The translations under genes and the position numbers were made by a program. Positions 40,051-49,949 of a stretch of 64,000 bases of DNA are shown here, one piece after another. The stretch is taken from positions 1 to 64,000 of the forward strand of contig CAVQUB010000017.1 in NCBI GenBank assembly GCA_963716725.1. Direction: 5' to 3'. The first letter of the stretch is position 1; each line of letters starts with the position of its first letter. Source of the stretch: an uncultured delta proteobacterium (lineage in GTDB: Bacteria; Myxococcota_A; Polyangia; Polyangiales; Polyangiaceae). The notes below the pieces were generated by a model. That model searched no databases and was not told the DNA's origin. It worked only from the letters and a program-made list of their open reading frames with translations.

Positions 40051-40893
40051 ATGCACCCCGAACCCAGCGACCCCGACACCCGCCCCGACGACGCTCCGAC
40101 CAAACGCATCCTGGTCTGGGACGTCCCGATCCGGCTCTTCCACTGGCTGCTCGCCGGCGCGTTCATCGGCGCATTTGCCATCGCAAACATTGCCGACGAC
40201 GAGAGCTCCCTCTTCGCGCTGCACATGTTGCTGGGGGGGGTCATGGCGTTCATGGTGCTCCTGCGGGTCATTTGGGGCTTCATCGGCTCGCGCCACGCGC
40301 GCTTCAGCTCCTTCGCCTTCGGTCCACGCGCGGTCCTGGGCTACTTGCGCGGAGCGCTCAGCGGGAAGGCCCCACGACACACCGGGCACAACCCCGGTAC
40401 CAGCGTCGCTGTGTGGGCCATGCTCGCGCTGGCGCTCGGGCTCGCCGTGACCGGAGCGTTCATGGGGCGGGTGGGCGACGTTTTCGAGGAACTCCACGAA
40501 GTGCTCGCCTGGGCCATGGTCGCGGTCGTCGTGGTTCACGTCGTCGGCATCGTCTGGCACACGATCCGCCACCGTGAAAATATCGCGATCTCCATGCTGA
40601 GCGGCGCCAAGCAGGGCGACCCCGCCCAGGCCATTGGCTCGTCGCACGCCCTGGTCGGGATCGCCTTTCTCGCCCTGACGGGCTTGTGGGCCGGCGCCCT
40701 CGTCAATGGCTACGACGGAGCCAAGCGCTCGGTCACGCTGGTCGGCGCGACCCTTCAGCTCGGTGAGGGCGACAAAGGCGGCGACCACCGCGACAAGGGT
40801 GGCAAGGGCGACCACCGCGACCACCGCGACAAGGCCGGCGACCGTGGCGAGAGCGGCAAGGGCCGGAAGGCCAAGGACCACGACGACGACTGA
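40051..40893 (+). CDS. Cytochrome b/b6-domain (Ni-hydrogenase cytochrome b-like) membrane protein with a His/Asp-rich repetitive tail
   Basis: VWDVPIRLFHW, LRVIWG, GHNP, ELHE, VHV; tail has GDHRDK repeats. Confidence 0.88.
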   Translation: MHPEPSDPDTRPDDAPTKRILVWDVPIRLFHWLLAGAFIGAFAIANIADDESSLFALHMLLGGVMAFMVLLRVIWGFIGSRHARFSSFAFGPRAVLGYLRGALSGKAPRHTGHNPGTSVAVWAMLALALGLAVTGAFMGRVGDVFEELHEVLAWAMVAVVVVHVVGIVWHTIRHRENIAISMLSGAKQGDPAQAIGSSHALVGIAFLALTGLWAGALVNGYDGAKRSVTLVGATLQLGEGDKGGDHRDKGGKGDHRDHRDKAGDRGESGKGRKAKDHDDD

Positions 40894-40985
40894 TTCCTCC
40901 TCGCTGCGCCGGGTGTGAGCGCGCTTCGGGGGCGCCGGCCGTTTGCGCGGGCCCCGCGCAAGGGGTAGCTTCCTAGCCCCCACGC

Positions 40986-41417
40986 ATGTTCATCGTCGAC
41001 GACCCGATGCTCGCGCTGATCGCGCGCTTCGTGATGGACGCCGATCATCTCGAGGTGTCCAACGACCGGTTTCTCCGGGAGCAGGTCCAAGCCATCGAGG
41101 AGTATGTCGGTCAGTTTCCGGAAGATCAGCGCCAGAGTCGGGCGCTGGAGTGGATCGCGGAACATGCGAAGCACTATCGGATTGCGTGGCAGCGGCGAGT
41201 GGTCGTGGACGGACTCACGCAGCGGAGATGCAGCGACTGCCCGCTGGTTCGGGATGAGGCGGGGTCGCGTTGCAAGATCCACGCGGAGTGGAGCCGCCTG
41301 CTCCAGGACTATCTCGACGAGAAAGTAACGTCGCGACGGTACGTGGAGGACGCGCTGCGCCTCTTGAAGGACAACAAGTCGATGCTGCTGCCCCCGCGGG
41401 TCGCGCCCCGGGCCTGA
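40986..41417 (+). CDS. Hypothetical protein with a C-x2-C...C-x2-H cluster
   Basis: CSDCPL...CKIH; fills the intergenic space. Confidence 0.65.
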   Translation: MFIVDDPMLALIARFVMDADHLEVSNDRFLREQVQAIEEYVGQFPEDQRQSRALEWIAEHAKHYRIAWQRRVVVDGLTQRRCSDCPLVRDEAGSRCKIHAEWSRLLQDYLDEKVTSRRYVEDALRLLKDNKSMLLPPRVAPRA

Positions 41418-41496
41418 GCGGAGCGGCGCGACGGGCGCCGCCGAAGCTGCCGTGCCCCGCTGCCCGCGCGTGCTGGCAACGACGAGCACGAGCGCG

Positions 41497-41826
41497 TCAA
41501 GCTTCGAGGCGCCGAAGCCGGGCGAAGAAGGTCCACCACAGCCCGTCGATGACCAAGAACGGACCGAAAATGTACAGGAAGAACTGCCCGCGGGTCGCGT
41601 CCCGCCCGACCCCCGTGGCGAAGAGCAGCGCGATCGCTCCGACGTAGACCGCGATCTGCATCAGGGCGTACGAGGTCTTCTGAACGTTGTCCCGCTTGCA
41701 GTGGCCGCAGGTCACGATGGGGACGAACTTGGCGCGCCCGACCATGTTTCGACCGAAGTTGCGCAGCATGCCCAGCCAGTACCCGCCGTAGTGAATGCTC
41801 TCGTCGCAGTGTGCGCAGCGCGCCAT
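41497..41826 (-). CDS. Small zinc-ribbon membrane protein
   Basis: CAHC and CGHC followed by two TM segments. Confidence 0.6.
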   Translation of the reverse strand: MARCAHCDESIHYGGYWLGMLRNFGRNMVGRAKFVPIVTCGHCKRDNVQKTSYALMQIAVYVGAIALLFATGVGRDATRGQFFLYIFGPFLVIDGLWWTFFARLRRLEA

Positions 41827-41995
41827 GAGTTCCTCGCGCCAATTGGGGGGGGGCCGCAGCGCGTGCGCGCGCGATCGCTGCTGTCTCTACCACGGCGGCG
41901 CGGCGCCGAGCCAGGCGTTGCAAGCTCGGCGCAAGCGAGCCAGGTCCTGCTGCCATGAGCCAACATCGAGCGACGAGTGCGTGGTCGTCAGCCGC

Positions 41996-42448
41996 TCAGC
42001 GCGCCAGCCAGCGCGCGGCGAGCCCCGCGAAGACGCCCGCCAAGACGTCGTCGGCCATGATGCCGACGCCCTGCGGTTCGAGGTGCTGCACGCGGTCGAT
42101 GGCTCCCGGCTTCCAGATGTCGAACACGCGGAACAGCACCACCGCCAGGATCTCCCCTTTGATGCCCGTGCCGCGCGCCAAGAGCAGCGCGAGCAGCACG
42201 CCGGCGACCTCGTCCACCACCACGCTTTGGGGATCGTCCTCAGCGAGTCGTTCGGCCTCGCGCTGGGCGGCCCAGGTTCCGGCTGCGGTGATGGCCGCGA
42301 CCGCCACCGCGTAGGGGATCGGTCCGAGAGCGCGCAGCGCCAGGTGCAGGGGCAAGGCGCCCAGAGTACCGACGGTGCCCGGCGCGATGGGCGAGCGTCC
42401 GCATCCGAACCAGGTGGCAACCAAGCGAGCCGCGAGCGCCGAGTCCAT
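41996..42448 (-). CDS. pgpA: Phosphatidylglycerophosphatase A
   Basis: APGTVG, DPQSVVVDEVAG, FRVFDIWKP, GIMADD. Confidence 0.93.
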   Translation of the reverse strand: MDSALAARLVATWFGCGRSPIAPGTVGTLGALPLHLALRALGPIPYAVAVAAITAAGTWAAQREAERLAEDDPQSVVVDEVAGVLLALLLARGTGIKGEILAVVLFRVFDIWKPGAIDRVQHLEPQGVGIMADDVLAGVFAGLAARWLAR

Positions 42449-42506
42449 CGAGCCCGCACGTTAGCGGGAAGTGCCGTCCCGGGTCACCCCTGCAATGGTT
42501 CTCGGC

Positions 42507-42850
42507 ATGAGGGCGGTGGCAATCGGGGTTCTGGGCGTCGTGTTTGCCGTGGCGGCCGCGGCCTGCGACGGCGAAGGGTCGGACGGTGGCAGCGGCACCT
42601 TTAGAACTGCATCGCCGCGAACTGCGACACGGAGATCATCGCCTGTTACGGCACCAACCACGGTACCGACGACGCGACGGGCAGCTTGTGCGAGTTGATG
42701 TGGACGTGCTCGAAGACCTGCACCCGCGGCGACGACAGCTGCCTGGTGAACACCTGCTTTTCCGCGGCGGGTTCTGGGTGTCAGGCCTGCACCCCGGCCG
42801 TCACGACCTGCATGCAGACTCACTGCCAGGCCGAGGCCAATCAGTGCTGA
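42507..42850 (+). pseudogene. Cys-rich lipoprotein with one base missing at ~42602-42604
   Basis: MRAVAIGVLGVVFAVAAAAC lipobox frame; a second frame from 42605 reads NCIAANCDTEIIAC...HCQAEANQC* with 13 Cys. Confidence 0.65.
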
Positions 42851-42957
42851 CCTGCTGGGCCAGACCTCGACAACCCGCGTAGTGTCGAACACTTCTCGCG
42901 CGGCCGGGTTTTCCGTTGTCCTCGCGACGCGACCCACCCTACGCTCGGTCCAACGCC

Positions 42958-44526
42958 ATGGACCGGACCACCCTGCGCTTCATCGCCCCCGTCATTCCCT
43001 TGGCTTTGTTCTGCGCGAGCGCGTGCAACAAAGACAAGCCCACCGGCGCCACCGGTGAGACCGCGGCTAGCGCGGCGCCCGTCGCCTCTGCGGCTCCGGC
43101 CCCGGCAGCGAGTGAAGACTTGCGCGCGCCGGAGCCCGGAGCGGTGTGCGTGGCTAGCGAGCGTAAGGTGATGGCCAAGTGGGCCAACCGGCGCACCGGC
43201 ATCACCCCCACGCAGATGGGGGACAAGCTCGCGCTCGGCGTCGGGATCGGCAACAAGCCGCGAGTGTTCGTGATCGACAAGCAGGGCAACGGCGAGATGA
43301 TCAGCGTGGCGCTCGCCGACGGCTCGGAGCTCGCGAAGGACATCCCCAAGGGAGAAGGCCAGCGCGACCTGCAGCGCGTGACGCCGTTCAAGGCTGCTGA
43401 CGGCAAGGTCACTGTCTACGCGGACTACCGCGACAAGTGGAAGAGCAACCGCCGCCGCATCGCTTGCGAGCTGGTCGCCAACAAGCAGGTGGTGCTGGCC
43501 TTCGACGGCAAGCCGCTGCTCGACTCGGAGGCCAAGGAACCCACGAAAGAAGTCGCAGCGGCCCCGCCGGCGACCGCGTCGGCGCCGGAGGCGCCGGCCC
43601 CGTCCGTGGTTGCGGCGCCGACCCGGGCGCTGCGCCGCCTCAAGCATCCGGGGCTGGGCGTGGCGGCGAAGGCCGACCCTGCGGCGCCCGACGTCGCCAA
43701 GCCCGAGGCGCCAGCGCCAGAGCCGAAACCGGCGGGCGCGGACGAGAAGAAGAAGCCGCTGCGCGAGATCCGCGATTGCCGCAGCTTCGTCGACAACGAC
43801 GGTGATGTGTGGGGTCTGGGCACCGAGCTCTACGGCGAGCCGCAGGCCGACGACTCGGTGAAGTGGAGCATGCGCCTCTTCATTCAGCCGAACGCCAGCG
43901 GTGGCTACCACTTGCTCGAGTCGGTTCCGCTGCCCAAAGAGCCAAAATCGCTGCACACCTGGGAGTCTCCCGCTGCCGCGGAGCGCGCGGACGGAGCCAT
44001 CACGCTGACGGCGCGCTACCGCGGAACGCTGGTGAGTTTCCTCCTGAACAAGGATCACAAACCCACGGGCAAGGCGAAGAGCTATCGCGGGGGTTGGCCC
44101 GGCATGGTCGAGTTCACGCCGGATGGCTCGAACCTGCTCTTGCTCACCTCGTTCAAGGTGACGGGTGACAGTCACGAGGTTCGTCTCGGGCGCTTGGGGG
44201 AGGGGTTGCCCGCGAGCCTCGACAAGCCGGTCTTCGACGCTGTCGACGCCTCGACCTCCGAGCCGAGCCTGGCCATCGTCGGCGGTCAACGCTGGCTGCT
44301 GGTGCACGCGGGCAAGCGGCGCGAGGCACGGCTGGTGGTGCTGCCGGTGGACGAGAGCCTGAAGCCCACGGGCAAGGTGCACGAGGTCACTAGCGGTGGC
44401 ACCGTCGCCGACTCGCGGCTGATCGCGCTGGACGGGGGCAAGATCATGGCCGTCTACATCCAGCGCGCGAAAGACGGCGGCGACGAACTCGTGGGCCAGG
44501 TGCTCACCTGCGCTGTGAAGAGCTGA
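42958..44526 (+). CDS. Hypothetical beta-rich lipoprotein
   Basis: ASAC lipobox, Ala/Pro linkers, long ORF with typical codon usage. Confidence 0.75.
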   Translation: MDRTTLRFIAPVIPLALFCASACNKDKPTGATGETAASAAPVASAAPAPAASEDLRAPEPGAVCVASERKVMAKWANRRTGITPTQMGDKLALGVGIGNKPRVFVIDKQGNGEMISVALADGSELAKDIPKGEGQRDLQRVTPFKAADGKVTVYADYRDKWKSNRRRIACELVANKQVVLAFDGKPLLDSEAKEPTKEVAAAPPATASAPEAPAPSVVAAPTRALRRLKHPGLGVAAKADPAAPDVAKPEAPAPEPKPAGADEKKKPLREIRDCRSFVDNDGDVWGLGTELYGEPQADDSVKWSMRLFIQPNASGGYHLLESVPLPKEPKSLHTWESPAAAERADGAITLTARYRGTLVSFLLNKDHKPTGKAKSYRGGWPGMVEFTPDGSNLLLLTSFKVTGDSHEVRLGRLGEGLPASLDKPVFDAVDASTSEPSLAIVGGQRWLLVHAGKRREARLVVLPVDESLKPTGKVHEVTSGGTVADSRLIALDGGKIMAVYIQRAKDGGDELVGQVLTCAVKS

Positions 44527-44531
44527 GCGGA

Positions 44532-44960
44532 GTGTCCGTGCCCAACCTGCGCATCCAACAAGTGAAGGACGTGATGACGCCCTTCCCGCATTTCGTCGAC
44601 GTCGACCAGAGCGTCTCGGCGGCGCGCGAGCAGATGGTTCAACACGGTGTGGGACACCTGCCGGTCAAGGAAGACGGAGAGCTCACGGGCATCGTCTCCG
44701 AGCGCGATTTGTCCCTTGCTGCGGCGCTGTCCAAGATCGACGGTGTGTCGCTCGCCGAGATCTACCAGCGTGAGCTCTACGTCGTCGATTTGCATACGCG
44801 CATGGACGTCGTCGTCGCCGAGATGGCGAAACGCAGAGTGGCCACCGCCCTCGTGGTTCGTGACGGTCGCCTGGCGGGCATCCTCACCGCGACCGACGTC
44901 TGCCGTCTGTACGGCGAGCTGCTCGTCTCCCTGGCGCCGCCCGACGACCAGCCGGCGTAG
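44532..44960 (+). CDS. CBS-domain protein
   Basis: VKDVMT, HLPV, GIVSERD, GILTATD. Confidence 0.9.
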   Translation: MSVPNLRIQQVKDVMTPFPHFVDVDQSVSAAREQMVQHGVGHLPVKEDGELTGIVSERDLSLAAALSKIDGVSLAEIYQRELYVVDLHTRMDVVVAEMAKRRVATALVVRDGRLAGILTATDVCRLYGELLVSLAPPDDQPA

Positions 44961-44970
44961 CGCCTCGCGG

Positions 44971-46881
44971 TCACTGCCCTGCGGAGCGGGTCTCGAGCGC
45001 TTCCCAGCGGGCCAGCAGCGCCGTCGACTCGGCTCGCGCCCCCTCGAGCTCGGCCAGAGTGTGCTGCACCTCCGCCGGCTCAGAGCGGTAGAACTCCGGA
45101 TCGGAGATGCGAAGTTCGAGGGCGCGCACGCGGCTCTCCTCCGCCTCGATCCGGTCCGGGAGCTTCTCCAACTCCAGGCGCTCGGCGTAGCTGAGCCCCT
45201 TGGGCTTCATGGCCTTGGGGGCAGCGCTCTTCTTGTCGAGCGACGGAGCGGTCCTCGGCGGGGCGTTCTCCGCTGACGCCTTCTGCGCCGCCGCCGCGAG
45301 GCGCCGGTAGGTCTCGTAGTTGCCCGGGTAGCGCACCACGCGGCCGTCCCCTTCGAAGACCAGGATCGACGTCGCGACTCGGTCGAGGAACCAGCGATCG
45401 TGGGTCACGACCAGGGCTGCGCCGTCGAAATCGAGCAGCATCTCTTCGAGGGCGCCGAGGGTTGCGACGTCCAAGTCGTTCGTCGGCTCGTCGAGCAGCA
45501 CCAGGTTCGTCGCCGTGCGCAGCACCTTGGCCAGCGCGACCCGCGCGCGTTCCCCGCCGGAAAGCGCGCCCACCGCCTTTCGTTGTTCGTGCCCGTCGAA
45601 CAGAAATCGCTCCAGGTAGCTTCGGGTGTCGAGGACCTGGCCCGCGACCTCGAAGCGGCCCTGATCGCCGATGTTGTCGAAGATGCTCTTGTCCAGATCG
45701 AGGCCCGAGCGCTCTTGGTCGAAGTAGGCGATCTTGGTGTTCTGCCCGACCGTCAGCCGACCACCGGTGGGCGCGAGCTCACCGGCGATGGCGCGGAGCA
45801 AGGTGGTTTTGCCGGTTCCGTTGGCGCCGACGATGCCCACTCGCTCACCCTGTGGCAGGTAGAGCGTGAGGTCCTGCACCAGAGTGCGCCCACCGAGGTC
45901 GAGGCGGAGGTGTTCGAGCTCGAGCACGGTCTTGCCCGAGCGAGTCTCCTCCAGCGCCAGCGCCACGCGCTGTTCGGCCACCGGAGCCTTGGTCGACTTG
46001 GCGGCTTCAGCGCGGTCGATTCGGGCCTTCTGCTTGGTGCTGCGCGCCTTGGGCTGGCGTGCCAGCCACTCGAGCTCGCGGCGCAGGAAGTTCTGGCGGT
46101 TCGCCTCGGTGCGATCTTCGTGGGCGGCTCGCGTCGCCTTGGCTTCGAGGTAGGTCTCGTAGCCGCCGTCGTAGCTGGTGAGAACGCCGCGTTCGAGCTC
46201 GAGCGTGCGCGTGCACACGCGGTCGAGCAGGTAGCGATCGTGAGTCACCAGGAGCACGGCGCCCGGATGTTCTTCGAGCAGATAGCGCTCGAGCCAGTCG
46301 ATGGTGCCCACGTCCAAGTGGTTCGTGGGTTCGTCCAGGATGGCCAGGGCGGGCCGGGCGATCAGGATCTGAGCTAGCGCCACCCGGCGCTTTTCCCCGC
46401 CGCTCATGCTGCCCACGGCCTGATCGCGTCGCGGAAAAATACCCACGTGGCCCAACATGGAATCGACCTCGTGGTCGCGTTGCCAACCTCCGTGGTGTTC
46501 GATCTCGTGAGCCAGCTCGGCGTGCTCTTCGAGTAGCTCCGGTTTCGGATCGTGGGTCAGGAGCTCGCCCAGTTCGTCGTAGCGCGCCTTGGCGCGCGCC
46601 CAGCTCGCGAGCCCCTCGCTCACGAGCTCGCGGGGTGTGCACGTAGGGTCGAAGCTCGGCGCTTGCGCGAGGTACCTCACCGAGGCGCCGCGACGGAGCG
46701 CGATCTCTCCGCCGTCGAGGGGTTCGAGCCCGGCGAGCATTCGCGCGAGCGTGCTCTTGCCCGTCCCGTTCTTGCCGACCAAGCCGACTCGCTCCCCCGA
46801 AACGATGGTGAGCGTCGCGTCCTTCAAGAGCGGACGCTCGCCGAAGGACTTGGACAATCGCTGTGCGTCGAGGACTGGCAC
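44971..46881 (-). CDS. ABC-F ATPase (Uup-like)
   Basis: Two NBDs (GKNGTGKS, SGGEK, LDEPTN; GANGTGKT, SGGER, LDEPTN) and a C-terminal coiled coil. Confidence 0.93.
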   Translation of the reverse strand: MPVLDAQRLSKSFGERPLLKDATLTIVSGERVGLVGKNGTGKSTLARMLAGLEPLDGGEIALRRGASVRYLAQAPSFDPTCTPRELVSEGLASWARAKARYDELGELLTHDPKPELLEEHAELAHEIEHHGGWQRDHEVDSMLGHVGIFPRRDQAVGSMSGGEKRRVALAQILIARPALAILDEPTNHLDVGTIDWLERYLLEEHPGAVLLVTHDRYLLDRVCTRTLELERGVLTSYDGGYETYLEAKATRAAHEDRTEANRQNFLRRELEWLARQPKARSTKQKARIDRAEAAKSTKAPVAEQRVALALEETRSGKTVLELEHLRLDLGGRTLVQDLTLYLPQGERVGIVGANGTGKTTLLRAIAGELAPTGGRLTVGQNTKIAYFDQERSGLDLDKSIFDNIGDQGRFEVAGQVLDTRSYLERFLFDGHEQRKAVGALSGGERARVALAKVLRTATNLVLLDEPTNDLDVATLGALEEMLLDFDGAALVVTHDRWFLDRVATSILVFEGDGRVVRYPGNYETYRRLAAAAQKASAENAPPRTAPSLDKKSAAPKAMKPKGLSYAERLELEKLPDRIEAEESRVRALELRISDPEFYRSEPAEVQHTLAELEGARAESTALLARWEALETRSAGQ

Positions 46882-47012
46882 CGGCGACGCAGGCTAGCAG
46901 CGCGCGGGCTGGACTGCGGCGAAGATGCTGAAAATCGCTCATGGGTTGCCCGACCCCCGCTCCCGAGGCAGGCTCCCGCGACGCGTCGCCGTCCGGCGCG
47001 AGGAGCGAGCAC

Positions 47013-48905
47013 ATGGTTCGGTTTCGTTGGCTCTACCCGAGCGTCATCACGTTGGGCGTCGTCGCCTGTGGCAGCGACAGCGGAGGGGGTGGCCCTGCTG
47101 CCGCTCCCGACATCATCGACATCGTCGCCGATGCGAATCGAGACGGGGTGGTCGACGAAAAAACGGACCAAGAGCGCGAGAACGAATGGGACATGAAGGT
47201 GGGCGCGTCGTTCATCGCCAACCTCGACGACGACGACATGGACGGCAAACGCGACTGCGAGGACGAGGTCATCAACGGACCAGCCGACCTCGCTGACCTC
47301 GCGCTCTTCCGGGTGAGCGCCTGGCCCACTGCGGCGGCCGACGCCGAGGGCGTCGTCAGCATCGATCCCGAGGCTGCGGAGAGTGTTCGCATCTTCCGCG
47401 ACAACCCCGACGGCACCCAGTCTCTGGTGCTCGGCAGCAAGGGACCCTGCACCTCCGCCGCCGACTGCACTTACGCGCTCGAATACCGCTTTCCCCAGGC
47501 CGAGGTCGTCACCGGGGTCACCTTCAGGATCGAGGGGCGCCGTTTCAAGGGCATGCCCATGCCGAGCCTCGAGCCCCAGGACGACGGAAAGAAATCACTA
47601 TGGACCGGCGTGGTCGACGTCGCTTACTCGGTCGCCAAGGTGGGCACGGGCGAGCGCTACGCCACCAAAGACGTGCCCGACGGATTCGATCGCCTGAAGC
47701 TCCGCGTCGCGCCCTGGCTGATGTTCGGCAGCATGGGCCTGCATGACATCCTGTACTCGTCGTCGGCGTCCCCAGCGCTGGTCGAGGGCAACGCGGCAGC
47801 GGCCCAAGCTGCGAGCATCACCTACAACCCGTACCCCACCAGCCCCAACCAACCCGCTGGCTGGACGGACATCTGGACGGAGGACTTCTTCCAGACCGGC
47901 TGGACCGGCTTTCCGGGCCCGAACGGCACCGTTGTCGGGATGCGCATCTACAACCCGCGCCCCTGGGGTCGGCCTCCGCAGAACGCGACGCCCGAGGTCA
48001 TGAAGGACTACCACCCCACACGTTGGATCTGGGGCAACCCGGAGAAGGGCCGGCCTGCCGCCGTGCTCGGGCCGGATCGCGGCGCCGCGGAGTTCTATAA
48101 CTCGCAGAACTTCCAGTCGGGGAACACCCAAGACTCCCACGGCAACCACGATCTGGTGCCGCCGCACAAAGACTACCGGATGGGACGCATCATCCACGGC
48201 AACAAGGTGATGCAGAGTACTCAGGACTTCTACGTCGCCCAGGGTCTGCAAGGCCCGCCCATCGTGCTCGACACGACCTGGCTCGCGGTCGAGCACGTCG
48301 ACGAGTTCTTCCACTGGGTTCCGGCTGCCACGCCTCTCGGCTGGAAGCTACTCGTGGCGTCACCCGGGCTGATGACCAAGATGTTGCAAGACTTTGCCGC
48401 CAAGGGCAGCGGATCGGCGACGCTGCACTCGGGCACCGGTGGCAACTTCGAAAAGACGGTCTCCGCCGCCCTGGCCGACACCCAGCTCATGCAGTGGAGT
48501 CAGCTTGCCGACACCAAGATCCAAGGCCACATCGAGATCATGAAGGCCGAGACCGGCATCACGGATGCCGACATCATCGAGATCCCGACCTGGTTCGAAG
48601 ATCTGGGCAACAACGAGAAGGTCGCCTGGAACCCCGGCATGGTGAACATGCGCCTGCTGGGCAACGTCGCCGACATCGCCAGGCCCTTCGGCCCGGACAT
48701 CGGCGGCAAGGACCCCTTCGAAGAAGACATCCGAGAGCGACTCGGGACGCCGGCCAGTCAGCTGGGGTCCGACGGTCAGGGTCTGAAGATCTTCTTCACC
48801 GACGATTGGTTCTATCACGAGGCGTTGGGTGAGGTTCACTGCGCCACGAACGAGAGCGCTCCGGCGCCCTATGCTGCTGGCTTCTGGTGGGAGAGTGGAA
48901 AATGA
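47013..48905 (+). CDS. Protein-arginine deiminase (animal-type PAD family) lipoprotein
   Basis: VVAC lipobox; ADANRDG, NLDDDD, RVAPW, WTED, DSHGN, HVDE, PGMVN, GEVHCATN. Confidence 0.88.
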   Translation: MVRFRWLYPSVITLGVVACGSDSGGGGPAAAPDIIDIVADANRDGVVDEKTDQERENEWDMKVGASFIANLDDDDMDGKRDCEDEVINGPADLADLALFRVSAWPTAAADAEGVVSIDPEAAESVRIFRDNPDGTQSLVLGSKGPCTSAADCTYALEYRFPQAEVVTGVTFRIEGRRFKGMPMPSLEPQDDGKKSLWTGVVDVAYSVAKVGTGERYATKDVPDGFDRLKLRVAPWLMFGSMGLHDILYSSSASPALVEGNAAAAQAASITYNPYPTSPNQPAGWTDIWTEDFFQTGWTGFPGPNGTVVGMRIYNPRPWGRPPQNATPEVMKDYHPTRWIWGNPEKGRPAAVLGPDRGAAEFYNSQNFQSGNTQDSHGNHDLVPPHKDYRMGRIIHGNKVMQSTQDFYVAQGLQGPPIVLDTTWLAVEHVDEFFHWVPAATPLGWKLLVASPGLMTKMLQDFAAKGSGSATLHSGTGGNFEKTVSAALADTQLMQWSQLADTKIQGHIEIMKAETGITDADIIEIPTWFEDLGNNEKVAWNPGMVNMRLLGNVADIARPFGPDIGGKDPFEEDIRERLGTPASQLGSDGQGLKIFFTDDWFYHEALGEVHCATNESAPAPYAAGFWWESGK

Positions 48906-49846
48906 GCGCGCTTCGTAAGTTGTTGGTGTCATCGATCCTCGGAAGCGCGCTCTTGGTCGCACCGTCCGCGTTCGCCGATGGCATCAGCATCGCGGCCTCC
49001 GCGTTGCCGAACGAGACGCGCGCGAAGCTCGAGAACGACATCGCCGCCGCCAAGGCCTCACAGCCCAAGGCCTTCGTCGCCGTGAAGAACCTGAAGGGAC
49101 ATCGCCCCGAGCACTACGGCAAGAATCGCAACCCCTTCCCGACGGTCAGCCGAGAGCTGCGGGGGCTGGGCGCGCCGGCGCTGTTGCCCATGCTCGAGGC
49201 CCTGGCCTTCACGGCTCCCGATCGCGGCCAGCTCTCGGACGCGGAGTGGGACGCCCTCGCCATTGGCATGCTCGAGGCCGTCGGCGTGATCAAAGACGCC
49301 CGCGCCGGCGCGGTGGTCGGCGCCATCTTCGAGTCGAGCTCGGTTCGCCCGGCGGTGCGCCTGGCGGCGGCGCGCGCGGCGGGTCGTCTGGGCGGCGACG
49401 CTCAGCTCGCGCTCCTCACCGGTCACGCCAAGAGCGGTGACTCGCTCCAGCTCGCGGCCGTCCACGGCTTGGGCGAGATGATGCGGCTCGAGGCCGCCAA
49501 GCATGTTGCCCAGATCTTGGGCAGCACCAAAGACGCCGCTGTCGCCGAAGCGGCCGCGACGGCACTCGGGACCCTGGGCTCGAGCTGGGGTTGGAAATCG
49601 CTGGGACCCAAGGCCGCAGCCATGGGCCTCGAGGTTCGCAAGCTGTGCGCGAACGCGCTGGTGCCCCGGGCGCTTCGCGGCAAGCAGAGCCTGCGCAAAG
49701 CGGCGGCCGAGTCCGTGATGATGGTGGAGCACCCGGCGACGCTGGATCTGCTCCGCGCCGAGCGAGCCGCGCCGGGAGTGGACGCGCGGGAGGTCGATGC
49801 CCTGATCGCCAAGGTCGAGCGCCAGCAGAAGCGCGCGCCCAAGTAG
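48902..49846 (+). CDS. Secreted HEAT-repeat protein
   Basis: Signal peptide ending SAFA; VRLAAARAAGRLG and VAEAAATALGTLG repeats; ATGA overlap. Confidence 0.75.
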   Translation: MSALRKLLVSSILGSALLVAPSAFADGISIAASALPNETRAKLENDIAAAKASQPKAFVAVKNLKGHRPEHYGKNRNPFPTVSRELRGLGAPALLPMLEALAFTAPDRGQLSDAEWDALAIGMLEAVGVIKDARAGAVVGAIFESSSVRPAVRLAAARAAGRLGGDAQLALLTGHAKSGDSLQLAAVHGLGEMMRLEAAKHVAQILGSTKDAAVAEAAATALGTLGSSWGWKSLGPKAAAMGLEVRKLCANALVPRALRGKQSLRKAAAESVMMVEHPATLDLLRAERAAPGVDAREVDALIAKVERQQKRAPK

Positions 49847-49864
49847 TCGATCAAGGCGCGTTTT

Positions 49865-49894
49865 TTGACATTTTGCGGCCCCGCGCCGTATCCC
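49865..49894 (+). promoter_or_regulatory. Possible sigma70 promoter
   Basis: TTGACA-N18-TATCCC upstream of the 49950 gene. Confidence 0.4.
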
Positions 49895-49949
49895 TTCGAG
49901 GTTGATACGGTGGCAGGCTCGGCGTCGTCTGCGCGGAGGGGGAACCTAG

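Noticed and set aside
41845..41932. G9 tract and 9-bp hairpin (41903-41932) as a phase-variation switch or terminator
   Set aside because: Plausible by chance at this GC content; no U-tract or other support
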